A stretch of 64,000 nt of DNA, taken from assembly GCA_951406725.2 (NCBI GenBank), contig OX597826.1, positions 80,414,001 to 80,478,000 on the forward strand, read 5' to 3'. This DNA is from Octopus vulgaris (Eukaryota). Within the stretch, counting starts at the first letter, position 1, and each line of letters opens with the position of its first letter. Positions 28,017 through 40,660 of this stretch are shown piece by piece. The notes under the pieces were generated by a model. It saw only the letters and a list, made by a program, of their open reading frames with translations, did no database searches and was not told where the DNA came from. Position numbers and translations under genes: made by a program.

Positions 28017-28447
28017 TATATATATATATACCAAAAATTAATTTACGAACGTGTCATTAATTCTATTATTATCCAATGTAAGTATTTTAAATTAATTTTT
28101 TGTGAATTATTTTTCTCGTAAATTGTATCGAGATTCTTTTACACTGGTGGCTGCTGTGATTTCGGTGCGAAACGAATCAGTTGCAGCACAGACTTCGGAA
28201 CAATGGGTTTGGGAGTCTCTAATCATGGTAACATGTGCTGAAGAAGCTAAGGTTTTATTCTACCAATGCGGTCCGCGTGAGCCCAAATACTTAAATGTAT
28301 GTTTGTAGATTGTCTTAACCTGATTTTGCCTTCATTTTGATTTCTGTAGTTTTCCTGTGTATTTTTGGCGATTTTATGAGAGTTTTGACTGTTATTTCAA
28401 GCAGGTAGACATGCTTAGTATGTCCTTTGATTAATTATATATATATA

Positions 28448-28510
<63 letters not shown>

Positions 28511-28513
<3 letters not shown>

Positions 28514-28773
28514 CGGGGTCATTCCGAAAAGCTCTACCTGCGACGATTTCATCTCAATCGAAGGAGAGGAGCTTTCTCCGTCCGGGTTGCGGATCCGTGG
28601 AACAAGCTGCCAGACGAGATGGTGAAGATGCCGACGACCGCTTTGTTCAAAGCCTCCCTGGACCTCAAGTGGCCTGAACTCTTTACATGAACACCACCCT
28701 GTACTTAACTCCATGTCCCCCTACATGGCCTTGCTATTTGCTTTTGAGCCAAATTAACTAACTAACTAACTAA
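28511..28773 (+). mobile_element. CR1 LINE extreme 3' end
   Basis: RGHSEKLYLRRFHLNRRRGAFSVRVADPWNKLPDEMV...FKASLD, then 3' UTR and (AACT)n tail. Confidence 0.88.
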
Positions 28774-29149
28774 CATATGTTACTTGGCGATGAGTACAAA
28801 GGTGTTACAATGATAAAACACCTTAAAACACCCAGGTTAACTTTTGAATTTCCTTGAGGCCTGTAGGCAACGTAGGCTGTTCTAAGAGTACAGGTTAAAG
28901 CGCCATTTCAAAACATGCCATCTACATGGATGAAGGCCATTGAATGCATCCTCATCTTGCAATAAGTGGTACAAATCGCTGGCTGGATTCATATAGGGGA
29001 CATATGTTGGCACAATCAGGGGAAATCCGATTAAACATTACGTATTTCTCTGCATTACGTTTCTGGTCTCTTGTGCCACTCACGATTTCCTTTGTTTTTC
29101 TTTCTGACAGGGATTCACGACCATAAAAGTATCAATAACCTTTTAGAGT

Positions 29150-29935
29150 TGAAACAGTCAATGATACAAATCTTTCAAAAATCTAAGCTAAAAGTTGATG
29201 TTCTTGTTGTTGCTGTCCTTGTGGTTCTTCTTCATTTCCTTCATTTTCTTCAATCTGTTCAACGCGTTCTTTTTCAATTTCCATTTTGCCCTTTTTCATT
29301 TTTTCCAGTCTTGATCACCTGTTCTTTATCCACTTCCTCCACAGATTCTTCTGAGTTGTTCTACAAATAACCAAGTGCGCTGTTTTCGTTCTGTCTGTAC
29401 ACAATCTTCCATACCAATTAAACATTTTCCAATCCGGCCCTTCTTCAAATACAACTGGTCAATAGCGGTTTTCAGATGGTGAGCACCATATAGTTTTTCT
29501 GTTGGGTTTCTGTCTTTCGCCTTTTGTCCAATCCACAATCCAAGCTCCATATCTTATAAATGGTTCTACTCTTGAATTAATTACTTTAATACCATTTCTT
29601 TAATTCAACTTTGACTGGAATATCTTCCCTCGTTCCTCTTCTATATTCCCTACCCACAATTTGCTTCATCTCTTCACGTATGTATTTCGTCCGCCTCCAG
29701 GGTTTCCAAATACTTATATCACTATCCTTTCTCAATTGATTTTATTGTTTCTCCATTAGGCATTTCAGTTAACTGGCTCCTTTCAAATCTTCCCCGTTTT
29801 CTTATCAAAACAGTGCAGTCTTCAAGCCTGAATTACATTCCTACATCGTTTGAGGAAATGCGAGCAGCATATTCAAGACTTTCCAACTGCTTCTCATTTT
29901 TCGCATTAAGCTTTAAATCATCCACGAATAGACTT
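29150..29935 (-). mobile_element. Decayed R4/Dong-like LINE RT fragment
   Basis: Minus: LFVDDLKL (RT YxDD motif), KYLE, YGAHHLKTAIDQLYLKKGRIGKCLIGMEDCV. Confidence 0.75.
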
Positions 29936-30595
29936 CATTCGAATTTCAAAATGGTTATATATTTGTATCTATAAAATGAAACTATTTAGGCGTGGAACCC
30001 AACTCTAAACCTTTATCAAATTACTTCCGTAACACAGCTTATCCAAATACCGTGAAGGAAGCTTTCTATCTGCTTCACGCCAGCCTAGTTTCGCTTGAAC
30101 GTTTTGCTTTTCACTAAAACACTTCAGTTTCTCAACCACATCAAATCGCTGCACGTAATTCTTGCTTTTCACGCTTTTATATTAACCCCCCTCCCCCACC
30201 ATAAATATCTCCATGTTTTTAAAACCGATTCTATCCGTTTCTTGGATTTTCTGTTTGTGGCATTTCTCCCACTCGAAAGCATTTCGGATTTCAGCATTTC
30301 GAGCAGATTATCAATAATTCTACGTTATTCAATGGATCTGTTTGTTTTATTTTTTTAATCAAATGGTACTCTATGATTTGAGAGTATTCTGACTTCTATG
30401 TCTAGCGTGTCAAGTGATCTTAATGTTGCTCCCTCTGGCGGTCATATTGGCTAAGATCAGAGTTTTTTTTTCTTCTCGGTTAAATATCAAAAGTATTCCT
30501 GGTATTGCAACTTCGATATTCAAGCGAATTTGTTTCGTTCATTGATGAAGACGGAAGTTGTTGCGGTTCTCTCCCCTTTTTATCACAGACCGACT

Positions 30596-30685
30596 CATTA
30601 AGGTACTTATATTAAGGTACTTATATTAAGGTACTTATATTAAGGTACTTATATTAAGATATTTATATTAAGATACTTATATTAA
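30596..30685. repeat. 14-bp minisatellite (attaaggtacttat) x ~6
   Basis: Direct inspection. Confidence 0.9.
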
Positions 30686-30821
30686 AGCATTGCGGTTGTC
30701 TAAGTTTGAGGTTTCCCTGATCTTCAAACTTTTGATGAAAGACTTTCTAGACATGACAATCTCATATTTTTTGTTCTGATCTCAGAATACATTGCGAAAT
30801 AATTCTTTCCTTTTCTTTTAT

Positions 30822-31200
30822 AGGCATGGCTGTGTGGTAAGAAGCTTGCTTCCAAAGCTCATGGCTGTGGGTTCAGTCCCACTGCGTGGAACCTTGGGCA
30901 AGTGTCTTCTACTATAGCCTCGGGCCGACCAAAACCTTGTGAGTGGATTTGGTAGACGGAAACTGAAAGACGCCCGTCGTATGTGTATATGTTTGTGTGT
31001 CTGTATTTGTCTCCCCAACATCGCTTGACAACCGATGCTGATGTGTTTACGTCCCCGTAACGTAGCTGTTTGGCAAAAGAGACCGATAGAATAGGCACTA
31101 GGCTTACAAAAAATAAGTCCTGGGGTCGATTTGCTCGACTAAAGGCAGTGCTCCAGCATGGCCACAGTCAAATGACTGAAACAAGTAAAAGAGTAAAAGA
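30822..31200 (+). mobile_element. Full-length SINE family A (tRNA-like head, central microsatellite, LINE-like tail)
   Basis: A box tggctgtgtggt, B-box-like gggttcagtccc; tail gtgctccagcatggccacagtcaaatgactgaaac(aagtaaaaga)n; about 10 copies or fragments in the window. Confidence 0.92.
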
Positions 31201-32142
31201 GGGTCGATTCGCTCGACTAAAACCTCTTTAAAGTGGTGCCCCTGCCTGGCCACGTTCTAATGACTGAAGCAAGAAAAAGATAAAGATATCAGAAGTTTGG
31301 TAGCTATTTCTAGCAAGTCGAGAAACCAGGTAAAGCTTCTGTCATTGGCTCGTCGTTGAAAGAAGTTATCCATAAAATAAATGTCGATAAAACGGATCGG
31401 TTTTAGTGAAGCGTTGGCGGGAAAGAGCTATTCTATTGATTAGTGTTCGCTCCCATCAAAATTTGTTTTGCGCCCATGTTAGAAACCATTATCTCTGATA
31501 TTTAGTTGGTTGTGTTTTGAAAAATATGTCTTCGTTTTCGTCAAAAACATCCTCAGACTAAATTAAAACAAAATATGTTTACATATATCTAATTTAATCA
31601 TTCAGGTGCTGCGAGGGTTTCTCCACAAATTTCCAATAATCAACAATAGTCTTTCATTCCAAACTTTAAAAATTATTCTTAGCATTACTTATTGTTGTTG
31701 TTGCTACTGCTGCCTCTGCTGCTGCTATTGTTATTGTTGTTGTTGTTGTTGCTGCTGCTGTTGTAGTTTTCGTTGTTGTTGTTGTTTACCATTATCACGT
31801 TTAATTTACTGTCGGTTCAATATCTTCTGAACATTGATTATTTTACATAATTATCTCTGCTGTTAAAATTTTAATTATTTAGAAAAAATTTTCGTTGTAT
31901 TTTGTTTCTTTTGTTATTTGTTGTTGTTGTTCTGTTCAGTCTAAAAGCATCCAAATAAGGTGACTTTTTTTTACTTAGGAAAACAAGCAGGCGAAATTAA
32001 TTTTGTAAACAATAATAATAATGATCCATCCTTTATTGACCACAAGGGCTCGAGAAGGAACAAACCAACATGTTTCGTAAACCCTTTGTATAATGCATTT
32101 TGCATTACATGCATGCATGTATTTACGAAACATTTTGGTTTG

Positions 32143-32438
32143 TTCCTTCTCGATCCATTCCTGTCTCATAAGTGCCGGTTTCTCGGTTTCCTTGGCATAT
32201 AGGTTCCCCCCTGGACGGGACGCCGGTCCGTCGCAGGTGAGCTGCAAGATGCAGGAGGAAAGAGTGAGAGAAAGTTGTGGCGAAAGAGTCAGCACAAGTT
32301 CACCTTTACCTTCTGCCGGAACCGCGTGGAGCTAAGATGCTTCGCTCATAAACACACACATCGCCCGGTCTGAGATTCGAACCCGCGATCCCTCGAACGT
32401 GAGTCCACTGTTCTAACCACTAGGCCATGTGCGTCCAC
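32143..32438 (-). mobile_element. tRNA-derived SINE family E
   Basis: Minus: tggcctagtgg A box, gggttcgaatctc B box; central ctctttcgccacaactttctctcactctt shared with family C. Confidence 0.85.
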
Positions 32439-32820
32439 CTTACGAAACATGTAGGGTGTACATATATATAACAAACAAATGCTTTGTATAGCATATAGAA
32501 ACGCGTTTATAAAAATTAGAGAAATGGAAAAAGAAAGGTAACCTAACCAGACAGAAGTGAGAAGCGACGACATTTGTAAGAGCAGAACACCTCACGACTC
32601 TGATTGCTTTTTTATGATGTCTTTCTGCAAACTGGGTTCTCCTAATTTGTACACATGAACATCTTCGGTCTTCACCGATCATTAAGCAATACCACCCCAC
32701 CCAAGATCATGAGACCTTGGCTGTCAATACACTGCTAATAGGGGTCTTCAGTAGTTATCTATTCTCTAGTAGACTATGGTAATGTTACCTCGTTACTTCC
32801 ACAACTGACACACTGTTTGA

Positions 32821-32985
32821 TTTCTGAGACGAGGAATTATTTACATTATTTACATTTGACGGATATTTGTCCTCATCTTGCTTGTTGTTAACACAACATT
32901 TTGGCTGATATACCCTCCAGCCTTCATCAGGTGTCTTGGGGAAATTTTGAACCTGGGTTCTCATTCCTAAGGTATTTTTCGAGGT
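32821..32985 (-). mobile_element. Short Penelope-like repeat with decayed minimal hammerhead (32891-32934)
   Basis: Minus: ACAC-CTGATGA-A-GGCTG-gagggtatat-CAGCC-AAAA(GAAA mutated)-TG-TT-GTGT. Confidence 0.65.
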
Positions 32986-33045
32986 TATTAGGGCATAAGG
33001 CGTAGTAGTTAAGAGTGTGAGATACTAACCGAGTTCGATTCCAGG

Positions 33046-33091
<46 letters not shown>

Positions 33092-33098
33092 TTTATTA

Positions 33099-33144
<46 letters not shown>

Positions 33145-33179
33145 CATCATCATCATCATCATCATCATTATTATTATTT

Positions 33180-34340
33180 ATAATCTTTGCACAGCTTCTA
33201 ATGCTGGAGATGTAATACGGTGTCAGCTGTTCACAACCAGTGCACTAAGGTAAAACACCTTATCTTTAGAGCACCATCTGCAATACTCGAGCGGTACCAA
33301 GCAGTGTTGTTTTCTGCAACTGCTCCGCCTTTATTGCAGCCCCTATTTGCTCCACATACTTCTCAAGATTTTTACTCAGTGTTCCCAGCTCTCCGACAAT
33401 TATTGGTACTACTACCACTTTCTTCATCGACCACAACTGCTTAACCTCCCAAGCTAACCTGTCATATCTCTCGACTTTTCTTTCTTCCTTATCGCGTACC
33501 TTGTTGTCAGCGGTGCATGCTATATCTATGATCCGGCATTGTTTGCTTTCTTTCTCATTTAACACTATGTCTGATTTCCTATTCTCTTTCTCATGGTCGC
33601 ACTGAATCATAAAATCCCACGGGATCTTTGCATTATAATTTTCGATGATGCCTTCAGGTTTATGTTCGTACCGCTTTTTGCTCTGTCAAGTCTAGACTTG
33701 TTGCAAAGTATCCAATGGACAAGCCTAGCTATATTGTCGTGGCGTCTCTTATATTTTTTCTGGGCTTGTGGCGTACATTGACTGGTAATATGCCATACGG
33801 TTTCAACATTTTGTCCACAGATTCTGCACTTATCACTTTCTGCCGTGTTGTCCATTCTGTATTTGATGTAATTGGTTCTTAATGCTTGCTCTTGCGCGGC
33901 ACAGATCAGAGCCTTCGTTTCCGCTTTTTAATCACTTTTAGTCATTCATAGCCATGTTTTTTCTCTGTCTTATCTTCAACATCTCTATGAAATTGTCCAT
34001 GCGTTCTTTTCTTTACCCACCCATTTTCAGTTTCGTTCATTCTCAAGTCCTTCTACAGTGCTTCTTCCATCCTACAGAAACCTCGCTTTCAATAATAATG
34101 GCTCTGTGGCATTTTTATATACCATGTTATGTTGCTTTCTTCTACTCTAATGCTGTGTTCGCATCCAATCATTCCTCTTCCCCCTCTTTTTCTTAGTACA
34201 TACAGTCTGTCTGTGTCACTTTTTGGGTGGAGTGACCCATATCTAGTCAGCAACTTCCTTGTCTTTCTGTCTAAGCTGTTTAGTTTGTCTACTGACCATG
34301 CGATTACCTCTACTCCATATCTAAGTAGTGAAACCACCCT
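33180..34340 (-). mobile_element. R4/Dong-like RLE LINE, 5'-truncated, inside (AAT)n
   Basis: LDRKTRKLLTRYGSLHPKSDTDRLYV..GGRG; CCHC knuckle CRICGQNVETVWHITSQC; RRHD; RLE motif RKSDIV..IIDIAC..K; (ATT)n arrays on both sides. Confidence 0.92.
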
Positions 34341-34341
34341 G

Positions 34342-34397
<56 letters not shown>

Positions 34398-34398
34398 G

Positions 34399-34463
<65 letters not shown>

Positions 34464-34584
34464 GATTGTGATATCAGAGAGACAGATAAGTGCTGATTTA
34501 TATGCGTATCAAACATTTGGATATTCGCCACAAATACATTTCGGATAAGTGACCACAGCTGTCCATTTGAACTGGTTCACAGAT

Positions 34585-34654
<70 letters not shown>

Positions 34655-34657
34655 TTG

Positions 34658-34704
<47 letters not shown>

Positions 34705-34818
34705 ATATATACATACATATATGTGTCCGTGTATGTTCGTGTATGTGTGTGTGTGTGTGTGTATTTAACCACCGATAATTTATTGTGATTCAGTAGCTAT
34801 TTTTACACATGAACTAGA

Positions 34819-34865
<47 letters not shown>

Positions 34866-35113
34866 CTCTCTCTCCCTCTCCCTCGCTCTCTCTCTCACTC
34901 TCTTTCTCTCTCTCTTTCTCTCTCCCACTCTTTCTCGCTTTCTTTCTCTTTTAAATATGGTTCTGAATATATCTCTTATACATTTTATCTGTGTCCGGTT
35001 TTCGATTTTTGGTTTTATTGGAGCACAACAATTACTACCAAATACGAGATATGCCGTGGAACAGAAACCTACGTCTCCTTTTGTCTGTAACAAATGCGTC
35101 CTTCGTGCATGTA

Positions 35114-35205
35114 TATGTATGTATATATTTGAAGGACATATTTGTTTTATATATATATGCATATATATATAAAACAAATATGTCCTTCAAATATATACAT
35201 ACATA
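35114..35205. repeat. Perfect 92-bp palindrome
   Basis: Centre at 35159/35160; arms include the unique tttgaaggacatatttgtttt. Confidence 0.93.
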
Positions 35206-36161
35206 CATACATACATACATACATACGTACATACGTACATACATACATACATACATACATGCATGCATACATATATATACATATATACATATGTATACAT
35301 ACATATATACATATGTATATACATATATACATATATATATATACATATATATATATACATACATACATACATATATGTGTGTGTGTGTGTGTGTATGTGT
35401 GTGTGTTTGTGTGTATGTATGTATGTATGCATGTATGTACGTATGTACGTATGTATGCATGCATGTAAGTATGTATATATGTATGTATACACGGAAATGT
35501 TAGACAATGATTATCAATGCTCAACACCGCATTGGTGGATAAAATTTCTTTATTTAAGACCACCATTAGTTTCATGCTAAGAAAATATCTTAATATCTTA
35601 ACAAGTGTTCAAGCCGATTACATGGATGAATGGTGTTCGTCTTCATTTTAGATAAAATCACGAAAGTTCTAGGGAATTCACAATAAAGTCTCGTAAAGGA
35701 AACAAGAAATCACGGGGCGCTACTCTTGGATGACACCTTTTATATATAAATTGGAGTAGGAACATATCGCGATACTCTACTGCTATACTCAACGTTGACA
35801 ATTGTATTGCCGATAATATAAGATTCCTTTGAACACAATTACTGTGTGAACAGCAAGTAGAAATTCGTTACAGGGCGAGCGAACAACAGGAGAAATTTTC
35901 AGAGGAAGAACTCCCATCAAACAAGTGTCTTGGCCCGTTAGTTCCTGACATGAGGGAGCCGGACCCACCAAGGTGTTCACCTGTTGATTTCGAAAAGCGT
36001 CCTTTAGTCGGGATTGAATCCAGAACCCTTGGTTCATCTTATTTCGCTAAACTGTGGTGTACATCGCTTGGCCAGAAAGACAACCGCAAGAACTTGCCCT
36101 GCAGATCTATTTCCATCTGGGTTTTCCTTCTTCTCTGTTCAGCAGCTTGCAGTATTCTTTT

Positions 36162-36396
36162 TCAGCTCCAGCTATCCATTCTCTCTGTCCATAGCCACTT
36201 TGAGCTCTTCTCAGCTCTCTCTGACAGGCGTTTCATCGTCGTTGTTCTTTTGCGATCTTTGATTCCGAACTGACCAAGTAGTTGGCACATGCAGGATACA
36301 ACAAACCATCGTGGGCCACCTTGCACGGCCTATACTGTGTAGCGGTGCCCTTGTTTGTCAGTTCTTTTCCAACGTCATCATATTTCCTCATCTTAA
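36162..36396 (-). mobile_element. HERO-like RLE LINE C-terminal relic
   Basis: Minus: FKMRKYDDVGKELTNKG/(frameshift)AVQGGPRWFVVSCMCQLLGQFGIKDRKRTTTMKRLSERAEKSSKWLWTER*, resembling the HERO ending VEVG-RGF...AEKASRWLW. Confidence 0.65.
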
Positions 36397-37332
36397 ATTA
36401 GTCACTCTTGATACCGTCTAATCATCGCTACTGGCGATGTTCTTAGTACTACAACGGCCACCACCAAGCTGGCATAATTGAAGGTTTGGCAGATATTTTC
36501 CTCTTAATTTTTCCGTAAACTATTATGTTTCAATGTGAACATTCAATTGTGGAGCTCTGACATTGTCTTTTTTTTTTACTTTCTTTTCCCTCTCTTTTTT
36601 ATATATTCTATTGCAATGTTAAGCTTTAACCTATGTTTGGTAGCGAGGGTTATGGTTTTCAAAATTTAATGAATAAATTTTTTAAGTTTATAAGACAACG
36701 CTTGTTTTTGCTTTTCTTTCTTTGTCTAATGAAGACGACAATCTTTTCATAGTTAATTGTTGTTGTTGTTGTTTTTTCACAAGTACTCCAAGGAAAATTC
36801 TATTTGGTAACACTTGAATAAATCGTGTCTCAAAGACAGAAGAAAGTCACTAATAATAATAATAATAATAATAATGATGATGATGATGATGATGATGATA
36901 ATGATGATGATGATTGTAACTAATTCTGTTCAGAAATACCGTTTATATTTATTTACTATGTAACAAATATTCTGTATTGGATGATGGTGATGACGACAAC
37001 GACGATGATGATGATGATGACGATAAGGAGGAGGAGGAAGAGGTCGACGGCGACTAATGATGATGATGATGACGACGACGACGACGACGACGACGATGAT
37101 GACGATGATGATGATAATGACAAGGAGGATAGCAGGAGGAAACTGAACACGGTTATTTTGATTGACTCTAATATGGCGCTCTCGCTGATTCGCCAATCTT
37201 TCATCTTTTCATTCAATTTTATTATTTGCAGGTAATTACTTAATTATCCTATCAAGTAAATACGAACGTCATCTAAAATTCTCTTCTCGCTCTCTCACCT
37301 TTTTCTTGTGTGTGTGTGTGTGTGTGTGTATT

Positions 37333-37371
<39 letters not shown>

Positions 37372-38003
37372 AGGAAGAATAATTTGGTAAGTTGATCAAA
37401 CTTACGTAGAAATCACACGGCCAAGATGACACACGATCGGATCGAACCTGGGATCACACCTTTGAATTGAAAGCAAACTCGTTAACTACACCCCATAACT
37501 CCTCCACTTCTCTCTCTCTCCCCTTCCTTTCCCCTCTCTCTCCTCTTCCCCCCTCTCTCTCTCTCTCTCATTCGCTCTCTTTCAGCCTCTCTGAAGATAT
37601 CTGACAGTAAACATATTTTTCATTGACAATTCTTCATTTCTTCAAGCTTCCGCCTTAAAACAACACGTGTTTCTTTCTTTCCTTCAATCCCATTATTTCT
37701 TTCTCCCCTCTTCTAATTTCTTTCTTTTTTTTTCCTTGTTCAATCATTCTTCATTGCATTCTCTTCCTTTTCTCCCCGTAAATATTTTTTCCTTTTGCCC
37801 TGTTTCTACGAATCGTCTGCTTCGTTCCTTTTGTTTTCTCTTTGTGTTCTTTTGCCCTTAGTTTTTGTTCTTTCTTGTTTTTCTATTGCTTCGTTGTTTG
37901 TCACACTGCTTATTAACTAATTTGTGAAATTTTAATTAATTGACTCTATTTTTGGAATTAATTCTTTTCGTTACATTATGCCATAGCTTTACAATGAGAA
38001 AAA

Positions 38004-38160
38004 CAAAATGGCGAGAGCGACGGAGACAGAGAACGCGGAGACACAGCAACAGCTTGGCTGTCGTTTCGATCAAAATGGCGACAAAAACACATTCTAATAG
38101 GTTTGTGTCGCCATTTTAATATCGATACCAATATATTCTAATGTTCTAGCGTCGCCATTC
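38004..38160. promoter_or_regulatory. Cluster of four YY1-like AATGGCG motifs
   Basis: CAAAATGGCG at 38004 and 38071; reverse copies at 38109-38117 and 38153-38159; locally CpG-rich. Confidence 0.3.
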
Positions 38161-38542
38161 TAATAATCCTTTATTCTGCTCTTAGTTTTACACAAATTTA
38201 GTTTGTCTTTTTAATTACTTCACATAATGAGAAGAAATGTAACGAAGGCCAAGGCCAGAGTTTTTGCGTTGACATCATTGACAACAACAACAACATCTTT
38301 TATCTTTCACTTGTTTTCACCCATTGGACTGCGACCATGCTGGAGCACAGCCGTCAAACATTTCATCAAACAAATAAACCCCAGTTTTTAGGGGGTTTTG
38401 TCTTTTGTTTTGCTTTTTTTGATATATATATAAATCTGGTGCTTATTCAAACGATTTCTTTTGCCGAACTGCTAAGTGTCAAGGATGTAAACAGACCAAC
38501 ACCGGTTGTCAACTAGTAGAAGGAATAAACTGAGGCACAAAG

Positions 38543-38577
<35 letters not shown>

Positions 38578-39009
38578 AACACACACACAGACATACTCAG
38601 AAACATACATACTTACACACACTAACAAACAAACACGCATTCATACACACACACAAACACACACACATTCATACACACACACAAACACACATTCATACAC
38701 ACACACACATAAATATATAACTAGTTGCCAGGAAGCGAGCAAAGCTGCTTCAAGACTATTACATCTGTGAACTCTGGAAGAAGCTACCCGGGGTGGTACA
38801 TATTGGCACAAACAGAGGCTTGATGCACCCTGGTTGGGTGGTTCGGAGTACAAATGCAGCCGAAATCAACTTTGCCTCTTATTCTTTCGAAATTGATAAA
38901 ATAAAGTACCAGTTGTGCACTGGGGGTTGATGTGATTGGCTAAACTCTCTCTCTTTCCCTCTCTCTCTCTCCCTTCTTTCCTCTTTCTCTCTCTCTAAAT
39001 ATATGTTCT

Positions 39010-39356
39010 TTTTTACTTGTTTCAGTCATTTGACTTCGGCCATGCTGGAGCACCGCCTTCGGCCGAAGAAGTCTATTCCAGGACTTATTCTTTGTAAGCT
39101 TAGTACTTATTCTATCGTTTTTTGTTTTGCCGAGCCGCTGGGTTACGGGGACGTAAACACACTAATATCGGTTGTCAAGCGATAGTGGGGGACAAATACA
39201 GATACACAAACATATACATATATACGACGGGCTTCTTTCAGTTTCTGTTTACCGAGGCTATAGCAGAAGTCACTTGCTCAAGATGCCACGCAGCGGGACT
39301 GAACCCGGAAGCATGTGGTTGAGAAGCAAGCTACTTACCACACAGCCACGCCTGCG

Positions 39357-39358
<2 letters not shown>
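39010..39358 (-). mobile_element. SINE family A copy
   Basis: Reverse complement of 30822-31200. Confidence 0.9.
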
Positions 39359-39439
<81 letters not shown>

Positions 39440-39465
39440 CATATACATACACACACACACACACA

Positions 39466-39571
39466 TATATTACTTCGGCAATACACACACTGAAATTGAA
39501 ACGATACAGAGAAGATCAGTCTGAACCGTGCGCAAGGATGACGTGCAAATTCGTGAAGCGTTGCATATTTT
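39466..39571 (+). pseudogene. U6: U6 snRNA retropseudogene
   Basis: Gap-free match to U6 (CTTCGGCA...ACGATACAGAGAAGAT...GCGCAAGGATGAC..GCAAATTCGTGAAGCGTT.CATATTTT), about 15 substitutions in 99 nt vs human U6 by manual alignment; AGC triad changed to AGT; upstream is microsatellite, no PSE/TATA promoter. Confidence 0.93.
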
Positions 39572-39662
39572 AATTGGCGTTGCTCCAGCATGGACACAGC
39601 CTTAGGACTGAAATGTATAAAAGAAGAGAAGTACATGTATTCACACACACATGCACACACAG

Positions 39663-39753
<91 letters not shown>

Positions 39754-39808
39754 AAGATAGATAGATAGATACATACATACATACATACATACATACAAAC
39801 AAAAAAAA

Positions 39809-40465
39809 TTAAGAGGAATGACCACTAAAGTAGACTCCTAATATGCTAAACATAGACGTCAAATCGCCATTACCACGAAGAATGTGTTCTCAAGAAAAAT
39901 CTCAGCAAAAACGCCAAAATATAAAACTGAGCAAGACAAATGAAAATATACGAAATAAAAAACGATTACCTATGTACCATTCGTTTTACCTGTTAATATC
40001 TACATATGCAAACACGCAGGTATCTCCAAGATCGTCAGCATAGTCTGTCGCTTACAAAACACAATTTCCAGAACTAGATACAGAACGCTCAACCGAAATC
40101 GAGTATGTATAATGTTCTACAAATTATATTTGGGTGTATTTTTCAAATGTCTTCACTTTGGCGCGCTGAGGCCGGAAATTACTCTGCAGTTAATAAATTT
40201 CAGCAGTCAATTTACCGGTTAGAGAACATTTTTTATTTAAAATCTTGCCGATATCTGAGTGTTTGCATACGTAGATATTAACAAGTGAAACCATTGGTAC
40301 GTAGGTAATAGTTTTTTATTTCGTATATTTTCATTTGTCTTTCTCATTTTTACATTTTAGCGATTTTGCTGAGATTTTTCTTGAAAACACATTCTTCGTG
40401 GTAATGGCGATTTGACGTCTATGTTTAGCATATTAGGAGTCTACTTTAGTGGACATTCCTCTTAA
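39809..40465. mobile_element. MITE with ~225-bp TIRs, TTAA-flanked (Kolobok-like)
   Basis: TTAA-GAGGAATG...CATTCCTC-TTAA; 39809-~40032 inverted at ~40241-40465. Confidence 0.8.
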
Positions 40466-40583
40466 CTTTGTATGTAACACGATTTTTAATCTTCGGATTT
40501 TTTAAATATGCTAAGCCACTGGGTTTAATTGTTTAATATTAATTTCTACCCTTATTATTTAATACATAGATAGATAGTTAGAT

Positions 40584-40660
<77 letters not shown>

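Noticed and set aside
28238-28290. CTGAAGA-AGCT...AGC possible hammerhead
   Set aside because: GAAA box and stems I/III not recoverable
30596-30685. Short regular repeats resembling a CRISPR array
   Set aside because: Head-to-tail 14-mers with no spacers, eukaryotic context, no cas genes
39466-39571. Functional U6 gene
   Set aside because: Catalytic AGC triad and internal stem-loop mutated, no upstream promoter; called a pseudogene
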